In this document: positions 36,047 through 45,295 of the stretch, in pieces
Numbering within the stretch: the stretch's first letter is position 1
Layout: every line of letters starts with the position of its first letter
Assembly: GCA_045660325.1 (NCBI GenBank)
Contig: JAZRDO010000023.1
Coordinates: 71,889 to 135,888 of the forward strand
Direction of reading: 5' to 3'
Source: Eubacteriales bacterium
Lineage (GTDB): Bacteria; Bacillota; Clostridia; Oscillospirales; CAG-272
Length of the DNA stretch: 64,000 nucleotides
Translations under genes and position numbers: made by a program
The notes under the pieces: model-generated
Seen by the model: only the letters and a program-made list of their open reading frames with translations
The model's database searches: none
What the model was told of the DNA's origin: nothing

Positions 36047-38374
36047 TTACATACACGCTACCTGAAGCTCGCCGCCCGAAACGAAGAGCTTTGCGTGTGT
36101 TATGCCGTGAGAATAGTCCGAGATTATCTGCTCGGCAAGACTGTCCTCAACGTTCTTTTGTATATATCTTCTCATATTTCTCGCGCCGTACTTCTCGGAG
36201 AAGGATTTCTCGGCTATGTGCGAAGCCGCGGCGGGAGTGTATTCAAGGGTTATTCCCTTTTCGGCGAGCGCCTCCGCAAGCTCGGAGAGCATTATCTTCG
36301 CGATCTTGGTAAAGTCTTCCTTATCAAGCGAGCGGAACGTAATTATCTCGTCCACACGGTTGATAAACTCGGGGCGCAAGAACTTTGCGAGCGCCTTTTC
36401 GGTCTTGTTATCCGCGCTGATCTTGGAGTCTCCCGAGAATCCAACAACCGCGGATGCATTCTCCGAGCCCGCGTTAGTCGTCATAACGATAACGGTATTT
36501 TCAAAGTTGACCGTTTTGCCGTGCGCGTCGGTAATTCTGCCGTCGTCAAGGATCTGAAGCATAATGTTAAGCACGTCGGGGTGCGCCTTTTAAATTTCAT
36601 CAAAGAGGACTACGGAATAGGGCTTGCGACGGATCTTTTCCGTAAGCTGACCCGCATCGTCATATCCGACGTAGCCGGGAGGCGAGCCGATAATTCTCGA
36701 CACGGAATGCTTCTCCATAAACTCGGACATATCAAGTCTTATAAGCGTTTCGGGAGAATCAAACAGGTCGGAGGCAAGTCTCTTTACAAGCTCGGTCTTA
36801 CCCACACCCGTAGGTCCTGCGAAAATAAAGGACACGGGCTTTCTCTTGTAGGATACGCCTGCGCGGTTTCTCTTAACTGCGCGGGAAACGGCCATAACCG
36901 CCTCATCCTGACCTACAACGTGAGATTTCAATCTCTCGGCAAGCTTATCGATTCTCGCAAATTCATTTTCCGTAATAGAGGATGCGGGAACACCCGTCCA
37001 TATCTCTATGACCTCAGCCAAATGCTCGGTCGTAAGCTCAATTTTCTTGCAATCTCCCTCAATTTCAGTAAGACGGGCGGAGAGCTGCATCTCCTTTGAC
37101 TGAATAGTCGCGATCTGCTCGTACTTTTTCTGGCTTGAAGCATCGTCGGAGGTGATATTTGCCTCAACCTCTTCTCTTTCAGCCTTGAGAGCCAAGAGCT
37201 TGTCGTGAATTTCAAGGGATTCGTTAAGCTCAGCGCTTGAAAGCGAGAGCTTTGACGCCGCCTCGTCAAGAAGGTCGATAGCCTTATCGGGCAAGTATCT
37301 ATCCGTAATATATCTCTCGGAAAGAATTACCGCGTTTCTCAAAACTCCATCGGGAATATTGATTCTGTGGAACTCCTCGTAATAATGACTGATGCCGCGA
37401 AGCATCTGCGCTGCCTCGGCAACCGACGGCTCGTTTACCGTAACGGGCTGGAAGCGACGCTCAAGGGCGGAATCCTTCTCAATATATTTTCTATATTCGG
37501 TAAGCGTCGTAGCGCCGATAACACGAATTTCACCGCGTGAGAGCGCGGGCTTTAAGATATTCGCCGCGTTAACGCTTCCCTCTGCCTCGCCCGTACCAAC
37601 GATGTTATGCACCTCGTCGATAACGAGAATGGCATTACCAACCTCTTTAACCTCGGAGAGAAGACCCAAGATTCTCGACTCAAACTGACCGCGGAACTGT
37701 GTTCCCGCAACAAGAGCCGTTAAATCAACAAGGTAAAGATCCTTGTCGCGAAGCTTGTAAGGCACATCTCCCTCCGCAATCTTAATCGCAAGTCCCTCCG
37801 CAATCGCGGTCTTACCCACACCGGGCTCACCGATAAGGCAGGGATTATTCTTCTGTCGGCGGCAAAGGATCTGAATCACTCTGTCCATTTCCTTCTCTCT
37901 GCCGACTATTTTATCAAGCTTACCCTCTCTTGCAAATCTCGTAAGATTTCGGCAATAGGTAGTAAGATACTTATATTCCTTTTTATTCTTGTCGTCGCTC
38001 TTCTTTTGGGAATTGCCCTTACCCTCATTCTTCTTACGGGGCACAATTCCTTCGGCATTGGGGCCCGATGCCTTGGGGAAAGAAATTCCGTTCTCACCAA
38101 AGAGCTTGGGAATATCAATTGCGGGCGCTCCACCGTCCTCGCCTTCCTCACTTGAAAGGCTTTCGAGCATTCCCGACATTTCCTCCTCCATACTGTCAAG
38201 CTGGTCGGGGGTTATACCCATTTTTCCGTATATATCACCAAGCATATTGTCAACGGGCATTCCGAGCTCGCGAGCGCACTTGATACAAAGTCCGCTTGAC
38301 GTCTTTTCCCCGTTTTCAAGCTTGGTCACGAAAACAACTGCCACTCTCTTGTGGCAATTAGAACACATTACCAT
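36047..38374 (-). pseudogene. clpE: ClpE-type AAA+ Clp ATPase interrupted by one in-frame TAA
   Basis: The N-terminal zinc finger C-X2-C-X22-C-X2-C (CSNCHK...CIKC) is typical of ClpE. D1 Walker A is GEPGVGKT and D2 Walker A is GPTGVGKT. The reading frame runs ...VVLFDEI-TAA(36592-36590)-KAHPDVLNIMLQILDDGRITD, and the consensus at that position is DEIEKAHPDV. The two track ORFs (36590..38374 and 36047..36574) are in the same frame. Confidence 0.85.
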
Positions 38375-38409
38375 AAAAACCTCTTAATTTTCTATATTCA
38401 GGTCGCCGC

Positions 38410-38808
38410 TCAAAACGGCAACGCGTTTTGTACAAATCTTAAAGCAATTGACGAGTCCAACACGTCAACATTTCCCGTCGCGGTGATAACTAAGGTCGCC
38501 GCCGCAATAACGAGCGCGCCCCAAATACCGTTCACACCGCCGAGAATCGCTCCGAGTATCGCATCCGTCTTCGCCAAAAGCGGTACCTTGAGCCTTCTTA
38601 TAAGCTTGGCGCAAAAGCCTATCGCAATCAAAAGCGCAAGATAGACCAGCGCAAAATAAATATATTCAAAGCCGACTATCTTGTATATCACAAAGGATAT
38701 AACAAGCGCTAAAATTCCCGAAACGGATAAAAGAAATCCCTTTCTGTATCCGCAAAATACCGCAAATGCGAAATATCCGAGAAGCAATAGATCAAATACA
38801 AGTCCCAT
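38410..38808 (-). CDS. CvpA family membrane protein
   Basis: MGLVFDLLLLGYFAFAVFCGYRKGFLLSVSGILALVISFV... has four hydrophobic helices in the CvpA (colicin V production) pattern. Start at ATG 38808 after GGAGG. Confidence 0.75.
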   Translation of the reverse strand: MGLVFDLLLLGYFAFAVFCGYRKGFLLSVSGILALVISFVIYKIVGFEYIYFALVYLALLIAIGFCAKLIRRLKVPLLAKTDAILGAILGGVNGIWGALVIAAATLVITATGNVDVLDSSIALRFVQNALPF

Positions 38809-38818
38809 AATTCCTCCG

Positions 38819-40090
38819 TTATGACCAGCTGTCAATTATGTAGGACATATTCGGTCTGCAAAGCATTATACGGGAGGGATCAAGAATAAGTATCTTGCCG
38901 TTTGTGGCGTTTATCTCGTAGGTTTGCATAGCCTCTCCCGACAAATCAAACCGTACGACTCCGTCCTCGGACGAAAAATAAGCATATCTTGAGGAGAGCG
39001 TCATATCAAAGTACTCACCGTACATATCAAAATCCATCTTTTCCTCGCAGCTTGAATCAATAATATACACCGTGCTCTTCATATTTACCTTATCCTTGAT
39101 AAACATAAGGGCAATATTCTTGCCGCTTACGGCAACTCTGTAAAGCTGTCCCTTAGGGAATTCGTAATCCCCTACCTTTTCGCACTTGGTATTGTATATC
39201 ACAAGCTTGTCGGAGCAAACGAGAGCGAGCCTGTCGCCATCAAGATAATAGCAGCTGTACGGAAGGCTTCCCGAGCGCGTTACGTGGGATACAACCTCTC
39301 CGTTCTTTGCCGAAAGCACCGTCACAGTGTATATATATTCTCCCTCGGACGCGTCAAGCGTAAGAAGAGAAATATACCTTCCACTCGGACTATACTTCAA
39401 TGCCACCGCATAATCCGATCTTCTATATGCATATTCGGCATCTCCTTCGGCGCTGTAAATAATAACCTCGGTATTGTATTTTGCCGCCTTTGCCGCAATT
39501 GCAAAGCGACCGTCCTCCGACATATCAGCGGCGGTTATGGGATATTCGCGGCTCTCGACGTATATATCCTCAAAGGAATTGTATACTGAAAATCCGCGAC
39601 CGCCGAGATCATATACAAGGAATGTGTTTTCCGACGCTACGATTTGGGGATTGGAATAGCTCATCTGCTCGGTCAAGGTAGGATATCCCGCCTTGTTGAA
39701 CACCTGTATCTCGCGATCGGATGCAACCACAAAGCCTCGCTTGAACTCGGAAAAGCTTTGATTTCTCGTGGGCAAGGAGTAGCTTATCTCCTCTCTTTCG
39801 CCCTCGCCGATCTCACCCATAGCGCCGACCTCGCGGAAGAAATCGTACATTTTCGTAGGAGAGACGTCCTTGCCGAATATTACAAACATTGAAAGAAGAA
39901 ATACTATGCACAAAACGAGAGCGACCGCGCTTATAAGATGCGATCGACGGGCATATTTTGCGCCCACACTTTTCGTATCCGCACCACCGCGCTCGAGCCA
40001 CTTATCGTAAACTCTTGACACCCACGCGGTAAATTTATTATTCTTAAGCTTATTGAAAAAGCCGTTACCGTTTTCGTTGTGAGCAGACAT
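38819..40090 (-). CDS. hypothetical single-pass membrane protein with a beta-propeller-like ectodomain (possibly DUF5711)
   Basis: 423 aa. A TM (LISAVALVLCIVFLLSMFVIF) near residue 55 is followed by repeated beta-strand-rich segments (…FLVYDLGGRGFSVYN…, …RFAIAAKAAKYNTEVIIYS…, …RYISLLTLDASEGEYIYTVTVLS…). The family assignment is from memory only. Confidence 0.5.
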   Translation of the reverse strand: MSAHNENGNGFFNKLKNNKFTAWVSRVYDKWLERGGADTKSVGAKYARRSHLISAVALVLCIVFLLSMFVIFGKDVSPTKMYDFFREVGAMGEIGEGEREEISYSLPTRNQSFSEFKRGFVVASDREIQVFNKAGYPTLTEQMSYSNPQIVASENTFLVYDLGGRGFSVYNSFEDIYVESREYPITAADMSEDGRFAIAAKAAKYNTEVIIYSAEGDAEYAYRRSDYAVALKYSPSGRYISLLTLDASEGEYIYTVTVLSAKNGEVVSHVTRSGSLPYSCYYLDGDRLALVCSDKLVIYNTKCEKVGDYEFPKGQLYRVAVSGKNIALMFIKDKVNMKSTVYIIDSSCEEKMDFDMYGEYFDMTLSSRYAYFSSEDGVVRFDLSGEAMQTYEINATNGKILILDPSRIMLCRPNMSYIIDSWS

Positions 40091-40117
40091 TTTACTTCTC
40101 CTTTCGTAAAATTTAAA

Positions 40118-40876
40118 TCAGTAGACCACTTTATTTAAGTACAGTCCGCAAGCAGGCGCGGTCTGTCCTGCCCTTGCGCGATCGCCCGAGGCGACTATAT
40201 CATCTATCGCGTCGGGAGAAATTTTACCCTCTCCGACGGCGATTAGCGTTCCCGCCATAATTCTCACCATATTGTAGAGAAATCCGTCGGCGGCAACCCT
40301 GAATTCAATTATATCTCCGTGTGTCTCCACCTCGGCATATTTTACGTCACGAACCGTGCTTGCAACACACGAGCCCTGCGCCATAAAGCAGGAATAGTCT
40401 CTCTTTCCCGTAAAATGCGCTGCGGCAAGCTTCATTTTTTCAATTTGCTCGGGCGTAAATTTCTTTTTTAAAATAAGACTTCTGCCACTCTCGAAGGGAA
40501 TGCGCGAGTCTCCGTTGTACATTCTATAAACGTACTCCTTAAATTGCACTTCATATCTCGGATGGAAGGAATCCTCAACCCACTCCGCAGAATAGACGCA
40601 TATATCGTCGGGCAGATGCGCATTGAGCGCGCGAACAATTCTGTCGGGATCAAGAGAGGTATCAAGTCCGCTCTCTCCCTTCCTTGAAACCGTCGCACAA
40701 AACATATTGGCGTGAACGCCGCTGTCCGTTCTGCTGCAGCCCGTAATATCGCAATCATAGGAGAAAAGCTCGCCTGCGGCGCGCGTCAGCTCGCCCTGTA
40801 TGCTTCTCTTATCACCCTGCACCTGATATCCGCAAAAGTCCGTGCCAAGATAAGAAAGCTTTATTAATATTTTCAT
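40118..40876 (-). CDS. truA: tRNA pseudouridine(38-40) synthase
   Basis: MKILIKLSYLGTDFCGYQVQ...GCSRTDSGVHA (catalytic Asp motif RTDxGVHA)...FLYNMVR. It occupies the classic position after ecfT. Confidence 0.93.
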   Translation of the reverse strand: MKILIKLSYLGTDFCGYQVQGDKRSIQGELTRAAGELFSYDCDITGCSRTDSGVHANMFCATVSRKGESGLDTSLDPDRIVRALNAHLPDDICVYSAEWVEDSFHPRYEVQFKEYVYRMYNGDSRIPFESGRSLILKKKFTPEQIEKMKLAAAHFTGKRDYSCFMAQGSCVASTVRDVKYAEVETHGDIIEFRVAADGFLYNMVRIMAGTLIAVGEGKISPDAIDDIVASGDRARAGQTAPACGLYLNKVVY

Positions 40877-40886
40877 ATCAATACTC

Positions 40887-41714
40887 CTACATAGTATATC
40901 CCGGCGCAAATTTGTTTATAAGTATGATTCCCGCGACAAATACCGCGATAACCAAAAGTCCTATAAAATCCTTTACTCCGAGCTTCGGCTTGTGAAGCTT
41001 CGTTCTTCCCTCGCCTCCGCGATAGCAACGGCAGGTCATAGCAGTCGCAAGCTCACCCGCGCGTCTGAATGCGGAAATGAAAAGAGGAATAAGGACGGGA
41101 ATTAACGCCTTTGCTCTCTTTATAAGCGAGCCGCTCGTAAAGTCCGCGCCTCTCGCCTTCTGTGCCGACATGATCTTGCCTGTTTCCTCAACGATCGTAG
41201 GAATGAAGCGAAGCGCTATGGTCATCATCATAGCAAACTCGTGAACGGGAAGCTTGAATATCTTCAAGGGAGAAAGCAAGCTCTCAAGTCCGTCCGTCAG
41301 CTGAATGGGAGTTGTCGTATAAGTCAGGAACATACAGCTTCCAACTATCATGGAAATGATTCGCACGATAATAAACGCCGCGTTGTAAAGTCCGTCGGAA
41401 TAAATGCTTATAAATTTCCAAGAGAAAAGAAGATTGTCCATATCTCCCTTCGTCCAGAAGACGTTGAGTATCGCAGTAAATACCATTACGAATATGATCG
41501 CCTTGATGGACTTCAACACTATGCGAAGCGGAATTCTCGAAATAACAATAAGCGTAAGCGCGCTTACAAGCAAGAGCACAAAGCTGAATACGTTTTTACA
41601 AAGAAAGCTTGCAACGATATAAATAATTGCGAGTATTATCTTCATTCGGGGGTCAAGTCTGTGAAGAGGAGACTTCGCGGGATAATACTGACCGAGTGTT
41701 ATGCCGTTATTCAT
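40887..41714 (-). CDS. ecfT: energy-coupling factor transporter transmembrane component
   Basis: 275 aa. Polytopic protein of the CbiQ/EcfT family with the ARG...R coupling-helix region (SAQKARGADF...FRRAGELATAM). It follows the two EcfA genes. Confidence 0.9.
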   Translation of the reverse strand: MNNGITLGQYYPAKSPLHRLDPRMKIILAIIYIVASFLCKNVFSFVLLLVSALTLIVISRIPLRIVLKSIKAIIFVMVFTAILNVFWTKGDMDNLLFSWKFISIYSDGLYNAAFIIVRIISMIVGSCMFLTYTTTPIQLTDGLESLLSPLKIFKLPVHEFAMMMTIALRFIPTIVEETGKIMSAQKARGADFTSGSLIKRAKALIPVLIPLFISAFRRAGELATAMTCRCYRGGEGRTKLHKPKLGVKDFIGLLVIAVFVAGIILINKFAPGYTM

Positions 41715-42568
41715 ACGCCACCTCCGTATATACCGAGAAGATACTTCTCTGCATCCTCAACCGTGTAGATGCCGCAAGGAACGTCAAATCCTCTCTCCTT
41801 AAGCAACATCATAAGCTTGGTTATCTCGGGAACGTCAAGGCCTATTGCCTCAAGCTCGTCCGCGCGTGAGAATATCTCGTTTCTGTTTCCACACATAGCA
41901 ACATGAGAGCCCGACATCACGATAACGTCGTCGCAGAATCTCGCCATATCCTCCATACTGTGGCTGACGATAACCACGGATGCGCCCGTAGACTCGGCAT
42001 ACTTCTTAATACCTCCGAATATGGAGTTTCTGCCAAGAGGGTCAAGTCCCGCCGCAGGCTCGTCCAGCACGAGCACCTCGGGACGCATAGCCATAACGCC
42101 CGCGATAGCAACACGGCGCTTTTGTCCGCCCGAAAGATCAAAGGGGGATTTGTCAAGCAAGGAAGCATCGAGTCCTACGAAGCTTATACTCTCCATAACT
42201 CTCTCTGCAATTTCCTCCTCCGAAAGACCCATATTGCGAGGTCCGAACGCAATATCCGCGCGTACAGTCTCCTCAAAGAGCTGATACTCGGGGTACTGCA
42301 TAACGAGTCCTACGCGGAATCTTATCTTACCGATCTCGCGGGGCTTCTCCCAGATGTCCTCGCCGTCAAGCAAAATTCTGCCCTTCGTAGGTCTTATAAG
42401 ACCGTTGAACATCTGAACGAGAGTGGATTTACCCGAGCCCGTATGACCGATAATTCCCGTTATTCTGTTTTTCTCAATACTGATGCTTACGTCGTCGAGC
42501 GCACGAGCCTCAAAGGGCGTTTTCGCGCTGTACACGTAAGACACGTTTTCAACGATTATTTTAGACAT
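41711..42568 (-). CDS. ecfA2: energy-coupling factor transporter ATPase (second ATPase)
   Basis: 285 aa. GHTGSGKST, LSGGQKRRVAIAG and VLVLDEPAAGLD. It overlaps the ecfT start by 4 nt. Confidence 0.9.
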   Translation of the reverse strand: MSKIIVENVSYVYSAKTPFEARALDDVSISIEKNRITGIIGHTGSGKSTLVQMFNGLIRPTKGRILLDGEDIWEKPREIGKIRFRVGLVMQYPEYQLFEETVRADIAFGPRNMGLSEEEIAERVMESISFVGLDASLLDKSPFDLSGGQKRRVAIAGVMAMRPEVLVLDEPAAGLDPLGRNSIFGGIKKYAESTGASVVIVSHSMEDMARFCDDVIVMSGSHVAMCGNRNEIFSRADELEAIGLDVPEITKLMMLLKERGFDVPCGIYTVEDAEKYLLGIYGGGV

Positions 42569-42586
42569 TTTTCTGTTTCCTGATTT

Positions 42587-43450
42587 TTATTTCTTGAGCG
42601 CACGCTCGATAGCGTCAACCGCTCCACTCATAGTACTGAAATTTCCGTCGATCTTAACTCCGCGCTCGGCAAGTCTTACGCAAATGTCGGCACACTGGGG
42701 AAGATCAAGTCCCGCCGCCTTTACCTTTTCCTTCTGCATAAACACCTCGCTCGGTGTTCCGTCAAGAGAGATCTCACCGTCGTTTATAACGATCGCGCGG
42801 TCGGCTCTCGCCGCCTCGTCCATATAGTGAGTGATCGTAATTACGGTTATTCCCTTTTCACGGTTGAGCTTTTCAATCGTGCTTATAACCTCGCGTCTGC
42901 CGACGGGGTCAAGCATCGCAGTCGACTCGTCGAATATCATACATTCGGGCATCATAGCTATAATTCCAGCGATCGCAACTCTCTGCTTCTGTCCGCCCGA
43001 GAGTCTGTGCGGCTCGTGCTGGGCAAATTTCATCATGCCGACCGTCTCAAGAGCGTAATCGACTCTGCGGCGAAGCTCATCACGGGGAAGCCCGAGATTT
43101 TCGGGACCGAACGCCACGTCCTCCTCAACGATAGTTGCAACGAGCTGGTTGTCGGGATTCTGGAACACCATTCCGACCTTCTTGCGAAGCTCGAAAATAT
43201 CGTCCTCGGTTATGCCCTCGTGAGTAATATCCACGCCGTCGATAACGATGCTGCCCTCAAGGTAATCGTAGTCGTCGATAACCATATTGAGAAGCTTGGC
43301 TAAGGTGGATTTACCAGATCCGTTGTGTCCTAAGATCGCAACGTACTGCCCTTTTTCAATTTCAAGGTTAATATTCTTTAAGACCTTGACGGGAGAGCCG
43401 TCATCCTCCTTATAGGAGTAGCTTAAATTTTTAATATCAATATATGCCAT
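42587..43450 (-). CDS. ecfA1: energy-coupling factor transporter ATPase (first ATPase)
   Basis: Start at ATG 43450 (MAYIDIKNLSYSYK). GHNGSGKST, LSGGQKQRVAIAG and CMIFDESTAMLD. The longer track ORF overlaps the upstream gene and is not credible. Confidence 0.9.
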   Translation of the reverse strand: MAYIDIKNLSYSYKEDDGSPVKVLKNINLEIEKGQYVAILGHNGSGKSTLAKLLNMVIDDYDYLEGSIVIDGVDITHEGITEDDIFELRKKVGMVFQNPDNQLVATIVEEDVAFGPENLGLPRDELRRRVDYALETVGMMKFAQHEPHRLSGGQKQRVAIAGIIAMMPECMIFDESTAMLDPVGRREVISTIEKLNREKGITVITITHYMDEAARADRAIVINDGEISLDGTPSEVFMQKEKVKAAGLDLPQCADICVRLAERGVKIDGNFSTMSGAVDAIERALKK

Positions 43451-43472
43451 TTTTCTTTCCGTCTTTTTATTT

Positions 43473-44342
43473 TTATCTTGATTTGCTCTGCCATCTCGTG
43501 CTCGCACCGCAGGGGAGAACGAGTCCCGACTGAGACACCTTGAGTCCAAGCTCGCCCGCCTCGGTGTAGCCGCCGTATCTTGACGTAACCTTAAGGTCAA
43601 CTATGTAGCCCATAGTCATAGGAGAAAGGCCCGTCGTATAGGAGTTTACAAGGAAGAAGAGGGGCTCGTCGGAGAGCACACGGGATACGAGAGTGATAAG
43701 CTCGTCAATATTGTCCTCAAGCTTCCATACCTCGCCGTTAGGTCCGCGTCCGTAGGACGGAGGGTCCATAATAATGCCGTCGTATTTGTTTCCGCGACGG
43801 ATCTCGCGCTCAACGAACTTTTTACAGTCGTCAACGATATATCTTATAGGCGCGTCGGCAAGTCCGCACAGCTGCGCGTTTTCCTTAGCCATCGCCACCA
43901 TTCCCTTCGATGCGTCAACGTGAACGACCTGCGCGCCTGCCTTTGCCGCCGCCATAGTCGCACCGCCCGTATATGCAAAGAGATTTAATACCTTAATAGG
44001 TCTGTCTGCATTCTTTATAAGACCCGAAAACCAATCCCAGTTAGCCGCCTGCTCGGGGAAAAGTCCCGTGTGCTTGAAGCCCATGGGCTTGATTCTGAAA
44101 TTGAGGTCGCCGTATCCTACGGTCCACTGCTCGGGCATCTTGCTCTTTACCCAGCCGCCGCCACCGCCTGAGGAACGGCGATAGATACCGTCAGCCTTAT
44201 TCCAAAGAGGGTGTTCCTTTGTATTCTTCCAAATTATCTGCGGGTCGGGGCGCACCAATATATATTTTCCCCATCTTTCAAGTCTCTCGCCGTCAGATGC
44301 GTCGAGAAGCTCATATTCTTTCCAATTTTCACTGAAGTACAT
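43473..44342 (-). CDS. class I SAM-dependent methyltransferase (RlmI/YccW-like C-terminal fold)
   Basis: 289 aa. VLNLFAYTGGATMAAAKAGAQVVHVDASK (SAM motif I) and IIMDPPSYG (DPP motif). Confidence 0.8.
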   Translation of the reverse strand: MYFSENWKEYELLDASDGERLERWGKYILVRPDPQIIWKNTKEHPLWNKADGIYRRSSGGGGGWVKSKMPEQWTVGYGDLNFRIKPMGFKHTGLFPEQAANWDWFSGLIKNADRPIKVLNLFAYTGGATMAAAKAGAQVVHVDASKGMVAMAKENAQLCGLADAPIRYIVDDCKKFVEREIRRGNKYDGIIMDPPSYGRGPNGEVWKLEDNIDELITLVSRVLSDEPLFFLVNSYTTGLSPMTMGYIVDLKVTSRYGGYTEAGELGLKVSQSGLVLPCGASTRWQSKSR

Positions 44343-44365
44343 ATATTTTCTCCTTATTGTTTACC

Positions 44366-44863
44366 TTATTTTCCTAAATATTTAGAGAGCCTTGAGCAGC
44401 CCGCGTGTCCGTGGCACATAGCGATCGCGAGCGCATCTGCGGTGTCGTCGGGCTTCGGCGGATTTTTAAGTCCGAGCATTGAGGTAACCATCGTAATTAC
44501 CTGCTTCTTCTCAGCTCGTCCGTAGCCTACGACCGCCTGCTTTACCTGAAGAGGCGTGTACTCGAATATCTCAACGCCGCGAAGCTGAGCGCTCATCAAG
44601 ATAACTCCCCTTGCCTGCGCTACCATAATCGCCGTCTTCGAGTTTGTGTTAAAGAACAGCTCCTCGACCGCCATCTGCTCGGGCTTATATTTATCTATTA
44701 TTTCATTCATACCGCGATATATTTCCGCAAGTCGCAAATTCGGATCCATTCCCGCGGGGGTCTGAATAGAGCCGAAGCCTATCGGACGGAACCTGTTATT
44801 CGCGTATTCCACAACGCCCCATCCGACGATCGCGTATCCGGGGTCAATTCCGAGTATTATCAT
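44366..44863 (-). CDS. ruvC: crossover junction endodeoxyribonuclease RuvC
   Basis: MIILGIDPGYAIVGWGVV...EELFF...DDTADALAIA shows the RuvC catalytic acidic residues and signature. Confidence 0.93.
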   Translation of the reverse strand: MIILGIDPGYAIVGWGVVEYANNRFRPIGFGSIQTPAGMDPNLRLAEIYRGMNEIIDKYKPEQMAVEELFFNTNSKTAIMVAQARGVILMSAQLRGVEIFEYTPLQVKQAVVGYGRAEKKQVITMVTSMLGLKNPPKPDDTADALAIAMCHGHAGCSRLSKYLGK

Positions 44864-45005
44864 TTATGCTCTCTTTTCGTGTAAATTTATTTTTTCGCAT
44901 AGTTTCCCATTATCATCTATTCATTATAACATAAACTTACCTTAATGTCAAATATATATTTAATATTTATTTATAAATAATTATTAAGTTTTAGTGAAAT
45001 TATAG

Positions 45006-45034
45006 TTTACATTTCGCGAGCCTTGTGTTATAAT
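45006..45034 (+). promoter_or_regulatory. sigma-A promoter of the DUF951-yfhO-ruvAB unit
   Basis: TTTACA (45006-45011), 17 nt spacer, TATAAT (45029-45034), in the AT-rich divergent region. Confidence 0.5.
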
Positions 45035-45084
45035 AAAAGAGTATATAATCGGAGTATTATATCCGAAATCAGACGGAGGATAAA

Positions 45085-45279
45085 ATGGACATTCCAAAGC
45101 TTAACGTAGGCGATATTTTAAAACTGAAAAAGCAACATCCCTGCGGCGGCGACGAGTTCAAAATTCTCCGTGTGGGAAGCGACGTGCGGATCGTGTGTAC
45201 GAATTGCTCTCGCGATATGACGCTTGACAGGATCAAGCTTGAAAAGGCAATAAAGAAAATCATCACGACAAACGGTTGA
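45085..45279 (+). CDS. DUF951 domain-containing protein
   Basis: 64 aa. GDILKLKKQHPCGGDEFKILRVGSDVRIVCTNCSRDMTLDR is the DUF951 pattern with a 4-Cys arrangement. Confidence 0.85.
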   Translation: MDIPKLNVGDILKLKKQHPCGGDEFKILRVGSDVRIVCTNCSRDMTLDRIKLEKAIKKIITTNG

Positions 45280-45295
45280 ATATAAAGGACAAAAA

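Noticed and set aside
36590-36592. The in-frame TAA in clpE, considered as evidence for stop-codon reassignment or programmed read-through.
   Set aside because: All other genes in the window end normally, many with TAA, and none shows an internal stop. A single GAA to TAA substitution or a sequencing error is the more economical explanation.
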